DNA from: Rhynchopus sp. YZ270_cl-10
Taxonomy: Eukaryota
Direction: 5' to 3'
Assembly: GCA_964035575.1 (NCBI GenBank)
Contig: OZ037833.1
Span: 1 to 64,000 of the forward strand
DNA: 64,000 nt
The translations under genes were made by a program, and so were the position numbers. Below, one piece after another: positions 35,242-46,634 of this stretch (within the stretch, counting starts at the first letter, position 1; every line of letters begins with the position of its first letter). A model generated the notes under the pieces. That model saw only the letters and a program-made list of their open reading frames with translations. It searched no databases and was not told the origin of the DNA.

Positions 35242-38152
35242 CTAATTCTTTTTATTCCCCTTTTTCCCCTTCCTTCCTCCGCTCTGTCTCCCCTTCTGTC
35301 CACCACCGCGACCATTGCGCCCTCTCTGCACCTCCTGGGGCGAGAGCACATGCTGCGTCGCTTGTGCCACTGCGTCGGTGAACACGTTCGACGTGTTGGA
35401 CCTACCCTGAGCTGCATGGCGCTGGGGTCCTTTGGGAGCTGGGGAAGGAGCAGGTTGGGCGGAGGAGGTTGCATTGCCACGGCCTGCCGATGAGGAGGAG
35501 GAAGAAGTGGAGACTGCAGGTTGGGCGATGGAGGTTGTAGTGCCACGGCCTGCAGAGGTGGAGGAAGAAGAAGAAGAAGAAGAAGAGGAGGCTTGAGGTT
35601 GTCGGCCTATTCCCTCTCGAGCCGCTCGTGCCTCATTCTCCCTCCTTGTACTCTCCGCTGCAAAGGCCTGCCCCCTACTGCTCCGGTTGTCCGTCAGGGC
35701 ATGCAACGTCGACTTTGCCTTGCACTTTTCCTGAACCGACCACTCATGCAAACCCACCACCTTCATCACCTCATACCACTGAGTGAAAGTAGCGGTAGAG
35801 AGGGGGAGTGACAACAAGGGTCTGCCATCCTGTTTCTCTCCCTGACGGTAGTGGAACAGGGAGATCCACTTCGTCACAGAAGAAGGCACCGGCGACCCCA
35901 TGGTGAGGCACGGGAAAAGACCCCCCCTCTCCGTCCGCTCCTCCTCCGTCCACATCCAAGCCTCGCTCTGCGCCCTCAGCAATTCCCTCACCCTCGCTTG
36001 CTTCTTCTGGTCAGGGATGCCTTCCACTGACAGAGAATGCGAGCGATCCGCCCCCTCCATCGCGGTGTCGAGGTCCTCCTCCTGCTCCTGCTCATCATCA
36101 TCCATCTCCTCCACCTTCACACGCACCTCGGTGTCTGCCGCCTCGGCCTGTCGCCCCACCTCCTCCTCCAGCTGATCCCGAGAAGGGGTTCCCCAGCTGA
36201 CCCTGCCTTCCCGAACGACGATGACCGCGCTGGTCTTGCCCCAGGTGTCGCAGTATCCGGCCTCCCCTGCTATCTTCCTAACCGCCTGACGGGCGACCAC
36301 CGACTCCGGGCAATCACCGTCCCCCTCCCCGTTCCCACTCCACGGCTGCTGTGTCGCCCAGCAGTACAGGAACTCGCCCGGGCACGGAGAAGCACCTTGA
36401 GGACCAAAGAGAGCCATCCAGTCGCCGACACAGTCAGGTTCGAGTCCTTCAGGGTCGTCGCCCACCGCTCTCCGCACCGCATGGCAGGGGAGGAATAGCC
36501 GCCCTTCGCACACCACCCCAAAGCACCGCCCGTATGCCACCATGCGTTCTGCCTCCAGCTGTCGGGAGAGGTTCACCGCCGTCAACAACAGAGTGGTCGC
36601 CTTCTGCTCCGACTCATGCTTAGCTGCGATGGCGTAATGCCTCTCGCAGCGTTGCCTGTCATACTCCGCCCGGAGCGACTCTCCTGCTTCGGGGTGCCGA
36701 TCGCAGTCTTCCAAGTACTGCGCATGCATCTTCTTCGCGTCCTCTGCGAGTTCCCGCTTGTGCCTGGCGGTCAGCTCCTCCACACGATGCCTGTCCGCCG
36801 CCTTCGCCTGGTCCAGACGCACATTCTGTTCCTCCAGGAAACGACTCAACTCCTGCTGGCGGTCGCCAAAAGTGCCCCGAAGCGCGGCCAAATCCGGTCC
36901 CCACGACCGACGATGCTCCCGCCGTACCTCCAGGGCTTGCTGCCACGCGTCCGACGCACGCTGCAACGCTTCCTTCTTCTCCTGGTCCGCCTTTTGTTGT
37001 TGCTGCTTCTGCTGTTTCCGTTGCTTCTCGTGCTTCTGCTGCTTCTGTTCTGCCTGCTGCCCCTCTTCGCCCATTAAACATTGAACATTCGAGTGCAAAA
37101 AAGACAGGGCACTGAAATATTCCGCCCTGCCAATTTGCGACAGAGGGCAGTGCTTGGACCCCTGAGCGCAGTGCAGACATGCCAAGCCACCACACGTGTG
37201 ACAGCAGAAGTGTGCGTCCGACGCATCGAAGAGCTTGCTGCATTGTTCGCACTGCAGGAAAGTGTTCGACGCCTCCGCCTCCCTCGCTCCCACAAAAGCC
37301 ATGGGGCGCTCTGACTGGCACTCCCCCTTACCACCTGTGGCCTCAAAAGACAGGATGTGCTGCTGCAGAGCCGGGTCCATGGTGAGGGGCTCGTAGTGTC
37401 CCGGGATACTGCCGGATCCATCTGCCGCATCCTGATCACCCGAGTGGAGGAGAAGGACCACTGCCTTAGGCCGTTTTCTTGGCACCATCAGAGAAGGGCG
37501 GGCGAACTCGTTGAGGATGACCACAGATACCTCAAGAGCCTCCCCTGCCCCCGCCACTGCAATGGCATCCGCCCACGTACGCTGGTCTCCTCTGTCCCCA
37601 CTCGTCATCAGCCGCTGCCAGACCCCAAAATTAGGGACAGCCGCACTCGACAGATCAGCGCGGCCCTGGACCTTCTTCACTGCCGCCTGGCGCAGACCCT
37701 CCACCGTCAAATCCGTGCGCCCGGTGGCGAAGAGCAAAGCCTCAAAAGCACAGTCCCCCGCCACAAACGACCAAGTCACCTTCGAGGCTCCCAGCTTGGC
37801 CGCCTGCTCCGTCGCCCGAGGCCTCTGCGCTGCCGGGCACTCACGCAAAAACTCCCACTCACGCACCACATCGAGACCAGGCCCTTCCGGAATCACGGTG
37901 GCCGAATCGAACCTCCCGGTCCGCTTCCTCGGTGGCTCCACGTGGTCCGGCTTCACGTCCCTCTTGCGCTTCCCCTGCTGCTCCTCCGTTCGGTCTGCAG
38001 GACGACTCATATCGTCGTCAGGGTTCGCATCGTCACAGAGAGGTTCCACGGCCCCTGCACTGCGGCGTCCAAACCGGTCCATGTCCTCTGCAGACGGTGC
38101 CACATCTACCTCCACACACGGCTCCCGCTTCAGGGTGGCAATCCCTACACAC

Positions 38153-38154
<2 letters not shown>
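35242..38154 (-). CDS. Retrotransposon polyprotein, part 2 (in-frame continuation after the nested insert): second OTU-like domain, Cys-rich Zn finger, Gln/Glu coiled coil, Gly/Arg/Lys tail
   Basis: 970-aa open frame with AGDCAFEAL...WADAIAV...GHYEPL and CEQC...CCHTCGGLACLHC. It begins MCVG, the same residues that end the RLE part (ERGAMCVG). Confidence 0.85.
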
Positions 38155-38155
<1 letters not shown>

Positions 38156-38199
<44 letters not shown>

Positions 38200-38777
38200 G
38201 TGTTGTTCAACTTAGCCCTAGGCTCGCTTTTTTTATCTACATCCAGTGACAGAGGGGGTACTTACTAGTCAAGCGAGTATGTAAACAGCTAGATGTCCAG
38301 ACAAGGGCACTTTACTATTGTACTGGCAAGACAGTGCCTGAAAACACAGTTAGTGGCACTAAAATAGAAAGCATCTGGGACAACTACAACCAACACTTCC
38401 CTGCAAATAAGCAAAAGGGTCGTATGTGAGTGCAATTTTTCCCAAAAGGAAAAGGGGAGGGGATGGGACGGGAGGGTTGCTCTGTCTACCGGTGTAGTTT
38501 TATTTTGCTTTGTCTTGGAGAGGGGAGGGGAGGAGAAGGAGGGGATTGAGTGAGCCGTTTCCTCTGTAACACACAAACAAATAAAAAGGAAGTTCCATAA
38601 TCTTTTTAGTAGTTTTCTTTTTGGTGAAAATTTTTGAGAACTTCAGTAAGTGTGACCTGACCCGACTGACTGACACCCAAAGGGGAAAACAACAATAACG
38701 CACAACAAAATCAACAACAACAATGGTGGGTCTCGTGCTTACCTGTGGTGGTTTTGAAAAATGAAAAATGAAATTGA
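38156..38777 (-). mobile_element. 5'-truncated copy (3' UTR end + poly(A)) of the same retrotransposon family nested in the host element
   Basis: 38199-38780 is near-identical to 34206-34844 apart from a 54-bp deletion and a few substitutions. It has a 43-nt poly(T) at 38156-38198 and is flanked by CCTACACACATA at 38144-38155 and 38778-38789. Confidence 0.92.
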
Positions 38778-41700
38778 CCTACACACATAGCACCCCGCTC
38801 CAGAAAGGAAGATGCGACCTTTTTCTGGTACGCCACCGCAATGCTCTCCCGGATGCGCAACTCTGCCGACCCTGTTAGGTGCGACGTCTGTCCCGTCGTC
38901 AGGCCTCCAAGCTGCGCAATCAAGAGGTTCGCCTCGTCGCCTGCACCCCCGAAGGCTTCAAACACAATAGGGGAGAACTTGGTGTTGATCTTGTTCAAAT
39001 CCCGCTCGTGCTTCTCCCGTTTGACCTGGCCCTGGTTCTTCGCCGACCAGCCCACAAACTTCGAGGCCCCTGTTCTGTAGGAAGGCAAGGTGGGGCACAC
39101 GTGGGTGATGTCCAAACAACGAGGTCCATTTTCCGCCACTCCTACTGGGAGGTAGACATCGCCTGGCCGCTTCTTAGACTCCAACTCCACTCGCACGGTC
39201 TCCTCCAAAGCAGGGTCCAAGCCCGCCCCTTGAGCCGCTCTGTACACCGAATCCCGCAAGGCGTTGTGGCGGGCGACGCGGTGTTTGGAGTAGGGGCAGC
39301 CAAAGGTGTGGTCGCCAAAGGAGTCCATGACAACCCTTTTCTGCCCCCCCTGACATGCCGAGCAAGTCGTTCCCTCCGCATGGATGGCCACCCCTAGTCG
39401 GAAACGGGTCACAACCGCAAAATCCGCTGAAGACATCTGGTTCCTTGCTGAGGGTGTCGCCGTGAGGTACGTCCCGGAAAGCGGCAGGAGAAGGGACTTC
39501 ATCCGTGCTCGGTCTCGCATGCAGAGCTGTTGCATCAACTTGTCTGCCTGGGCGTCAATCACCGCAGATGACAGACTCTGCTGCTCCAGGATCTTCTTCG
39601 GCTGGGCCCTGTCCACGTGAAACGCCACCGGTACCCTGGAGTTGTACTCCTCAGCTGCGCTGTTCCATCTCTCCTCATCCCAGGTGAAGGCAGGGTCCAA
39701 GGCCTGCGACAGTTGCAGGTTCCCTGACTGAGAGGCGAGGGACGCAGCCGTCCGATGGTCCACTGTGCGACGGATACCCAGCCCCCCAAGCGCCACAGGA
39801 AGCGCCGCCTGCGCCCTTGCCAACTCCGGCAGCGCCCCATCCGGGTCATGCAGAAGCGCAGCCAGGCACCTGTCGATCAGGTCGTCAAAAGCCGTCAGGT
39901 ACTCCGCGCACTGTGGGATCCCCCGCATGTAGAACACCATGCGGCAGTAGCCTTCGCAGTATCTCAGTACGTAGAAGGCTGCCTGGGAGTCCCCGAGGTC
40001 CACAAGGGCTTCCAGGTTGCGGCGGGAATCGTCCACCTTCCGGGCCATGTACTCCTCGCAGAATGCCGCAGACCCAATGGGGATGCCCAAGAAATCGAAC
40101 CCATCCACATCCAACAGCCGGAACCCGCCTTCACCCATGGCGTCCTGTCCACCCTCGGTCAACGTGAACCCCACCGCCTTGAGCTCCTCCGTGGAGACGC
40201 CACCAGTGGAGATGAGCTCACACTTGTTCGCGTTCACCTCCAACCCCAGTTCGGAGCTACGAGTGCGCAGAACCTGGTACGCCTCAAAAACCGCCTTAGG
40301 GGACCCCCGCAGAGAGCCGTCATCGAGGTACCACAAAGTCCCATCCAGGCCTGGGTGCCCCTTCAGCTCTAGCGCCATCTGGTGGATGGTCAGGGAGAAG
40401 AGAAGCGGGCCCAAGGGATCTCCTTGTTGAGCTCCGCGCTGTGACCTTATGGTATCTCCACCATAAAACAGGCTGGAGGGCTCCAGGTAACACCATCGCA
40501 CCCATGGGGCCAGCTCGGGGAGGTTCGCGTCGACCGCTCTTAGCATCGACAGGCGGTCTACGCAGTTGAACGCGTTACGGTAGTCAATTTTCAAAATGAC
40601 TTTACCTTTTCCGCGGTTGCGCACGGCGTACTGCGAGATAACATCAGTCGCCACTGCCGCCCCCCTTGCCGTTGCCGCCCCCACCTGGTTCCCTCGAAGA
40701 AGAAGCGTCCTAGCAGGCACCCGCACTCGCGCCGACAGAATCTTTCCCACCAGTCTGCGGAGAGTGTCCCCAACCGCAATCGGTCGCACGTCCTCCTCCA
40801 GGCCCGGCCCCTTTGCAGGCTTCCGGAGAGCCACCAAGTTAGCGCCGGCGAAGAACTCAGCCACCTCCACTGGAGCATTTCCTCGTGCCAAAGACGTCAA
40901 CACTGCGGCCAGCGCTGCCAAAGTGCCCTTAGCCCGCCTCTGTAGGCAAAGTGTACGAAGGTGCGCGCCCGTCACGTTCGAGGGACCCGCCGCCGATGAC
41001 TTCGGCATGCTCCGCAGGGCCTTCATCACCTCCACCACTGTCACCGGTGGGACCTCCTGAGGCTGGGGCCAATCCGCCTGCTCCAGGGCCTTGGAGTCGG
41101 CAGCGGCTGGGTGCTTCGTCTGAAGCTTTTCCATCGTCGCCGGTGTCTGTGGGGCGAGGCCGTCGCTGGTAGCGCAAGACATGGCCTGGCTCGGGAGTCC
41201 TGCTCTCGCTTTGGCGATGGTGCGCTTCCGTTTCCCTTCGTCAGTGTCTTCATCCGACCACCCAGAGGGCCTTGGCTTCCGCTCCTCTACCGTTTGCTCC
41301 CACAGGGCGACATACTGGCCAGCCTTCCAAGCCTCCAAGTCCTTCCCCCAGGTGCTCGTCAAACGTCGCTCCTGGTCCTTGCCCCCTCGTTCTGTCCGTG
41401 TCCGGTGCAACACTGTGAAGAACAGTGCAAGGCGCTTCCAGGCCACCTCGTCCTGGTACTCCAGGATGTCCATGAGGACCCTCAGGAAGAGCTCGCTGTA
41501 CAGCTGTAGGTGTTTGTCTGGGCACCCGCCCTTCAGCTGGATCCTGGTGGTCCCCATGACTTCAAAGGAGGGGAGGTCATCCTGATCTGTCAGCATTCCT
41601 CGACTGGAGGGAGACGGAGCGGTGAAGCCTTCTTCGCCAAAGTGCACCGTACAGGTGTTGCAGACCTCCTTGCTCTGCGGCAATAGCATGTCGCACTGAT

Positions 41701-44700
41701 CGTTCGCACAGCGCGACATGCCCAAGTGGCCCAACAGCTCGTCGGGGATGTACGCCCCATCGGCCTGGTGGCGACGCATGTGCTGCAGCAAGCCCTTACG
41801 AGACAGGCCCCCGACCGCATCACTCGAAGACAAAATTCCCGCTCTGCATCCATCAAAGGGGCAGAACACCCGATCCGCATTGATGTGTCCCAGCTTGGTA
41901 GCCAGGGGGGCGGTGGTGGTGGTGTTGGTGGGGATGATGCCATCCAAATGCGCTGTGTCCAGCACTGCCTGCCGAGCCTCCTTCCTCATCTTCTCTGCCA
42001 TCCCCTCCTTGGTCTTCCCCACCTCCGGGACAAGCTCCACTGCCTCAAAGTGAGAGTCACAGAGAGCGATGACGACCGTGGGAAGTTTCGCTTGGAAGCT
42101 CTCCGCGTACGACTTGGCGACTCTTTTGCTACCAGGGGTGATGCGCACGAGGGGGTTCTCTTCCGATGCCTGCACCACCACGATGTTGATGCGGGATGCT
42201 GTCGCGGTGAGCTGAAGCCCCAAGTGGTTGAGGTGGGCCTCGCCGGTCACACCATTGGCAAACTCCGTCATGGCCTCCTGCGACCCCAGCACCTGCACCA
42301 GGCGGTTCGACACCTCCACTGCTGTGTCATATAGCTGCTTGCGCATTGCCCTCACGTCCGGCTGCGTGTCGTGGTCCCAGAGGTGTAGTGCCACATAACC
42401 ACAATCATTAGTAGACACGTTGGGGATGCGTTTAGCTCCAAACTTCGCCAGAGTCGCGTCCACAGACACCGCCTGCTCTGTATACGCAGGAGCGTTCACG
42501 TTTGCGCACCCACCGGTCAACGCAAACGGGGACAAGCTTACCGGGTGCTCCGGATCAGCAGGGGCAGGGCGCAGGTCCCAGGGCGTCACCGCTCGCCACA
42601 ACAACGACAGCAAGACCAGTAGGGACACCGCCAGCATGCCAAATGCCATCCCGATCCTACGAGTCCACCTGCGTGCTGCCACACGGCGCACCTCCAAGAG
42701 AAGAACCCAGCCAAGTGGGCGCGCGACGCCGACCAGTGCCACAAAACCCGCCAAACAACCACCTGCGGACCATGCAACCCACACCCACTCGGCTGCACGC
42801 ACCGACAACTGACCCACCCCCATCACACTGGCTCTCACCAAGCTGGCAGCCACTCGGATCCCTCCGGTCCATCGGTGCACTCGCTCGCTCGCCCCTTCCA
42901 GCCACCGCCACCCCCTGCGTGCGCGGCACAGTCCCCGCAGCAGACCCACCCCCAGCACCTCCGCGTCCCGAAACAGCGCACAACCCAAAGCATGTGGCGC
43001 TGACCTCCCAAGCTCAGACCCCACAAAAACCAGAACCCAGATGGCCACACACTGCAAAGCACCTCTCAACGCATCGGCGACCCTGATCCTGCGGAAAACT
43101 GGGTGCGCTGTCGGGGAGGGCGGACGATTGCAGGGCGCCTTGCGCCGACGGAGCCTGCCCGCCTGTGACTTGGTCCAGTTCAAGGACCGGTGTCCTCGTC
43201 GCGTCCTCCTGGTCCTCCTGCCCACCAGCCACAAAATGAGATGACTGAGGGTAGGGGCGCGTCTGTCCTTCCACAGATCCAGGACCGCGAACGACACAAA
43301 CACTCCCCACTCAGGTGCCTCGGCTACCCAGCAGGGGTCAGGCTGACGCAAGGAGGTGAAGACCTCCCAGAGGTTGCACCACCAGTCGAACCAAAACTCT
43401 ATCTGTGCACACCCCTTTTGCCACACCCGCATCATCACACAGCCACTCTGTCCTTCTCGCCCCGCAAGGCTGACCCCGAACACCAGCATACCTCGCTCAC
43501 CACCCCCTAGGTTGTTGTCGCTGATGTTGTTGCTGCGTCTGCTGTTGATGTTGGTGCTGCTGTTGGACCTGCTGTTGGAACTGCTGCTGCAGAAGTCTTT
43601 GGAACTGCAGTTGAAACTGCTGTTGTGCCTGCTGTTGGAACTGCTGCTGGAACTGCTTTTGGAGACGCTGTTGGAACCGCTGCTGCAGAAGTCTGTGGAA
43701 CTGCTGTTGAAACTGCTGTTAAGCCTACTGTTGGAACTGCTGTTGGACCTGCCGTTAGAGCTGCTGCCGCAGAAGTCCTTGCTGATGAAACTGCTGTTGT
43801 GCCTGTTGCTGGAACTGCTTTTGGAAACGCTGTTGGAACTGCTGCTGCAGAAGCCATTGGAACTGCTGTTGAAACTGCTGTTGTTGAGCCTGCTGTTGGA
43901 ACTGCTGATGGACCTGCCGTTGGAGCTGCTGCCGCAGAAGTCCTTGCTGATGAAACTGCTGTTGTGCCTGCTGTTGTGCCTGTTGCTGGAACTGCTTTTG
44001 GAAACGCTGTTGGAACTGCTGCTGCAGAAGCCATTGGAACTGCTGTTGAAACTGCTGTTGTTGTGCCTGCTGTTGGAACTGCTGCTGGACCTGCTGTTGG
44101 AACCGCTGCTGCAGAAGTCTGTGGAACTGCTGTTGAAACTGCTGTTAAGCCTACTGTTGGAACTGCTGTTGGACCTGCCGTTAGAGCTGCTGCCGCAGAA
44201 GTCCTTGCTGTTGAAACTGCTGTTGTTGAGCCTGCTGTTGGAACTGCTGATGGACCTGCCGTTGGAGCTGCTGCTGCAGAAGTCTTTGGAACTGCAGTTG
44301 AAACTGCTGTTGTGCCTGCTGTTGGAACTGCTGCTGGAACTGCTTTTGGAAACGCTCGTGGAACTGCTGCTGCAGAAGCCGTTGGAACTGCTGTTTAAAC
44401 TGCTGTTGTGCCTGCTGTTGGAACTGCTGTTGGACCTGCTGTTGGAACCGCTGCTGCAGAAGCCTTTGGAACTGCTGGTGAAAAAGCTGTAGAGCCTGCT
44501 GTTGGAACTGCTGCTGTAAAGGCCTTTGGAACTGCTGCTGCTGCACACCAGGGGTGATACTGGGACCCCACCCAGGACTCCGAAGATTTCGTTTTTGCTG
44601 CTATCACAGTTGCAGCCACTGATGTGGTTGGGCATACATTGCCTCTTTTTGGGGATATCATGGGGGGAAGGGGGGTGTGGGTTGTTATGACAACAGTTCT

Positions 44701-44853
44701 TTGCTTTGTTGCCTCCACACACGTTTTTGTTGCTGCTATCAAAGCTGCAGCTGCTTGGGTTGTTGGGCTCAAGAGGCCTCTTTTTGGGGTAAAAAAGGGG
44801 GGGAAGGGGGCTCCTGCTACTGCTGTTGATGCAGCTTAAGTTGTTGCTCCTGT

Positions 44854-44894
<41 letters not shown>

Positions 44895-45811
44895 TTGTTG
44901 CTGCTGTTGTTGCTGCTGCTCTTGTTGCTGCTGTTGCTGCTGCTGCAGTTGCAGCTGGTGTAGCATATGTTGTTGCTGCTGTTGCTGCTGCTGCTGCTGT
45001 TGCTGCTTTTGTTGCTGCTGTTGCTGCTGCTGCTGTTGCTGCTGTTGCTGCTGTTGCTGCTGTTGCTGCTGTTGCTGCTGTTGCTGCTGTTGCTGCTGTT
45101 GCTGCTGTTGCTGCTGTTGCTGCTGTTGCTGCTGTTGCTGCTGTTGCTGCTGTTGCTGCTGTTGCTGCTGTTGCTGCTGTTGCTGCTGTTGCTGCTGTTG
45201 CTGCTGTTGCTGCTGTTGCTGCCGTTGTTGCTGCTGCTGCAGTTGCAGCTGGTGTAGTATATGCTGCTGTTGCTGCTGTTGCTGCTGTTGCTGGTGTTGC
45301 TGCTGTTGCTGCTGTTGCTGCTGTTGCTGCTGTTGCTGCTGTTGCTGCTGTTGCTGCTGTTGCTGCTGTTGCTGCTGTTGCTGCTGTTGCTGCTGTTGCT
45401 GCTGTTGCTGCTGTTGCTGCTGTTGCTGCTGTTGCTGCCGTTGTTGCTGCTGCTGCAGTTGCAGCTGGTGTAGTATATGCTGCTGTTGCTGCTGTTGCTG
45501 CTGTTGCTGGTGTTGCTGCTGTTGCTGCTGTTGCTGCTGTTGCTGCTGTTGCTGCTGTTGCTGCTGTTGCTGCTGTTGCTGCTGTTGCTGCTGTTGCTGC
45601 TGTTGCTGCTGTTGCTGCTGTTGCTGCTGTTGCTGCTGTTGCTGCTGTTGCTGCTGTTGCTGCTGTTGCTGCTGTTGCTGCTGTTGCTGCTGTTGCTGCT
45701 GTTGCTGCTGTTGCTGCTCTTGTTGTTGCTGCTGGTGTAGCTCCTGCTGCTGCTGCTGATGCAGACATGCAGCACCACCCACAACGCCCCCAAAAGGGCC
45801 TTCCTCCTCAT
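38778..45811 (-). CDS. Retrotransposon polyprotein, part 1: Ser/Asn repeats, hydrophobic segments, OTU-like domain, Zn fingers, reverse transcriptase, CCHC knuckle, restriction-like endonuclease
   Basis: RT motifs VRPIAVGDTLRRLVGK, KIDYRNAFN, QRGAQQGDPLGPLLF, WYLDDG and FLGIPIG (CRE-type). Knuckle CSAC...GDHTFGC, then RHNALRD and RPGDVY...LDIT (RLE). OTU motifs NDCGYVAL...SHFEAV. The first ATG is at 45811; the ORF track starts at a TTG at 45931. The last 21 aa of the track ORF come from the nested insert. Confidence 0.93.
44845..45757 (+). repeat. (GTTGCTGCT)n / CTG-type coding microsatellite with a 216-bp higher-order duplication
   Basis: Read directly. The landmark GGTGTAGTATATG recurs 216 bp apart. 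It encodes SNS repeats in the retrotransposon frame. Confidence 0.93.
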
Positions 45812-46000
45812 TTTTAAAAAAGCAAAAACCAAAAAACGAAAACAAAGAAGGACAAGACACACTACGCCTTGCGCTTCGCCGGCCTGCACTCCTCTACCGT
45901 TGCCCAGGGACCGCCCCGTGGAGGCGTACAAGGCTCACAATAAAACAAAGGAAAGGGGGAGGGAGGGAGGGTAAAAAGAAAGGACAAGTGTGTTGTAATG

Positions 46001-46055
46001 TGTAAAAAATGGTCCCCTTGTAAAAAATGGTCCCCTTTGTAAAAAATGGTCCCCT
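46001..46055 (-). repeat. Three tandem 18-19-bp repeats at the retrotransposon 5' terminus
   Basis: TGTAAAAAATGGTCCCCT(T) x3, immediately inside the right direct repeat. Confidence 0.9.
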
Positions 46056-46056
46056 G

Positions 46057-46411
46057 TGTGTGCTGTGTGTTCTGTGAAAACTGTGTGTGGGACCCAAAAT
46101 ACCTGTAAAAGTCTGTATATGAGGTTCTTGGGGTTTGGGCTAAAGTGGTTTGTGTTGTGTACTATACTTCCCTGCTGACAGAGGGTGTACTGTGTACTGT
46201 GTACTGTGTACTGTGTACTGTGTACTGTGTACTGTGTACTGTGTACTGTGTACTGTGTACTGTGTACTGTGTACTGTGTACTGTGTACTGTGTACTGTGT
46301 ACTGTGTACTGTGTACTGTGTACTGTGTACTGTGTACTGTGTACTGTGTACTGTGTAGGACTGCCCTCAGAATATGTTTTCCTTGGTCAGAGGCTCCATA
46401 CAGGTGAAAGG
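46057..46411 (+). repeat. Right copy (355 bp) of the long direct duplication
   Basis: Matches 33796-34157 with one fewer TGTGTAC unit (offset 12261 before the array, 12254 after). Confidence 0.95.
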
Positions 46412-46634
46412 TGAAAAGTTTTCAAGCAAAAAAAAAAGTTTTGCCTGTGAAAGTCATAGGGTGCCAATCTCAAGGGCACCCTGTGCACCCTTTTTCCGGA
46501 CCCAAAAAGGCACCCTGTGCACCCTTTCTCGGGGATCAAAAGCACCCTGTGCACCTTTTCAAAATCCAGTTCCGGGGGGTTTCGGGAGGGTTTCGTGCAG
46601 TGGGTTTTGAAGCACCCTGTGCACCCTAGATACC

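Larger units (their letters stand above)
34158..46056 (-). mobile_element. Apparently full-length CRE-clade (RLE-type) non-LTR retrotransposon, about 11.3 kb excluding the nested insert
   Basis: 48-nt poly(A) tail on the minus strand (34158-34205), ~1-kb 3' UTR, RT and RLE motifs, short tandem repeats at the 5' end, and flanking direct repeats. Confidence 0.93.

Noticed and set aside
35242..38154. 970-aa ORF as a separate non-autonomous partner element sharing the 3' UTR
   Set aside because: The 12-bp TSD and exact in-frame fusion with the RT ORF explain it more simply as one gene interrupted by a nested insertion.
34206..38780. The two ~600-bp direct repeats as LTRs
   Set aside because: Each ends in a poly(A) tail, there are no TG...CA termini or integrase, and the RT is of non-LTR type.
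43356..45860. PolyQ (347 aa), poly-Leu and poly-Ala/Thr ORFs
   Set aside because: These are alternative frames of the CAG/CAA microsatellite. Only the Ser/Asn frame is continuous with the RT.
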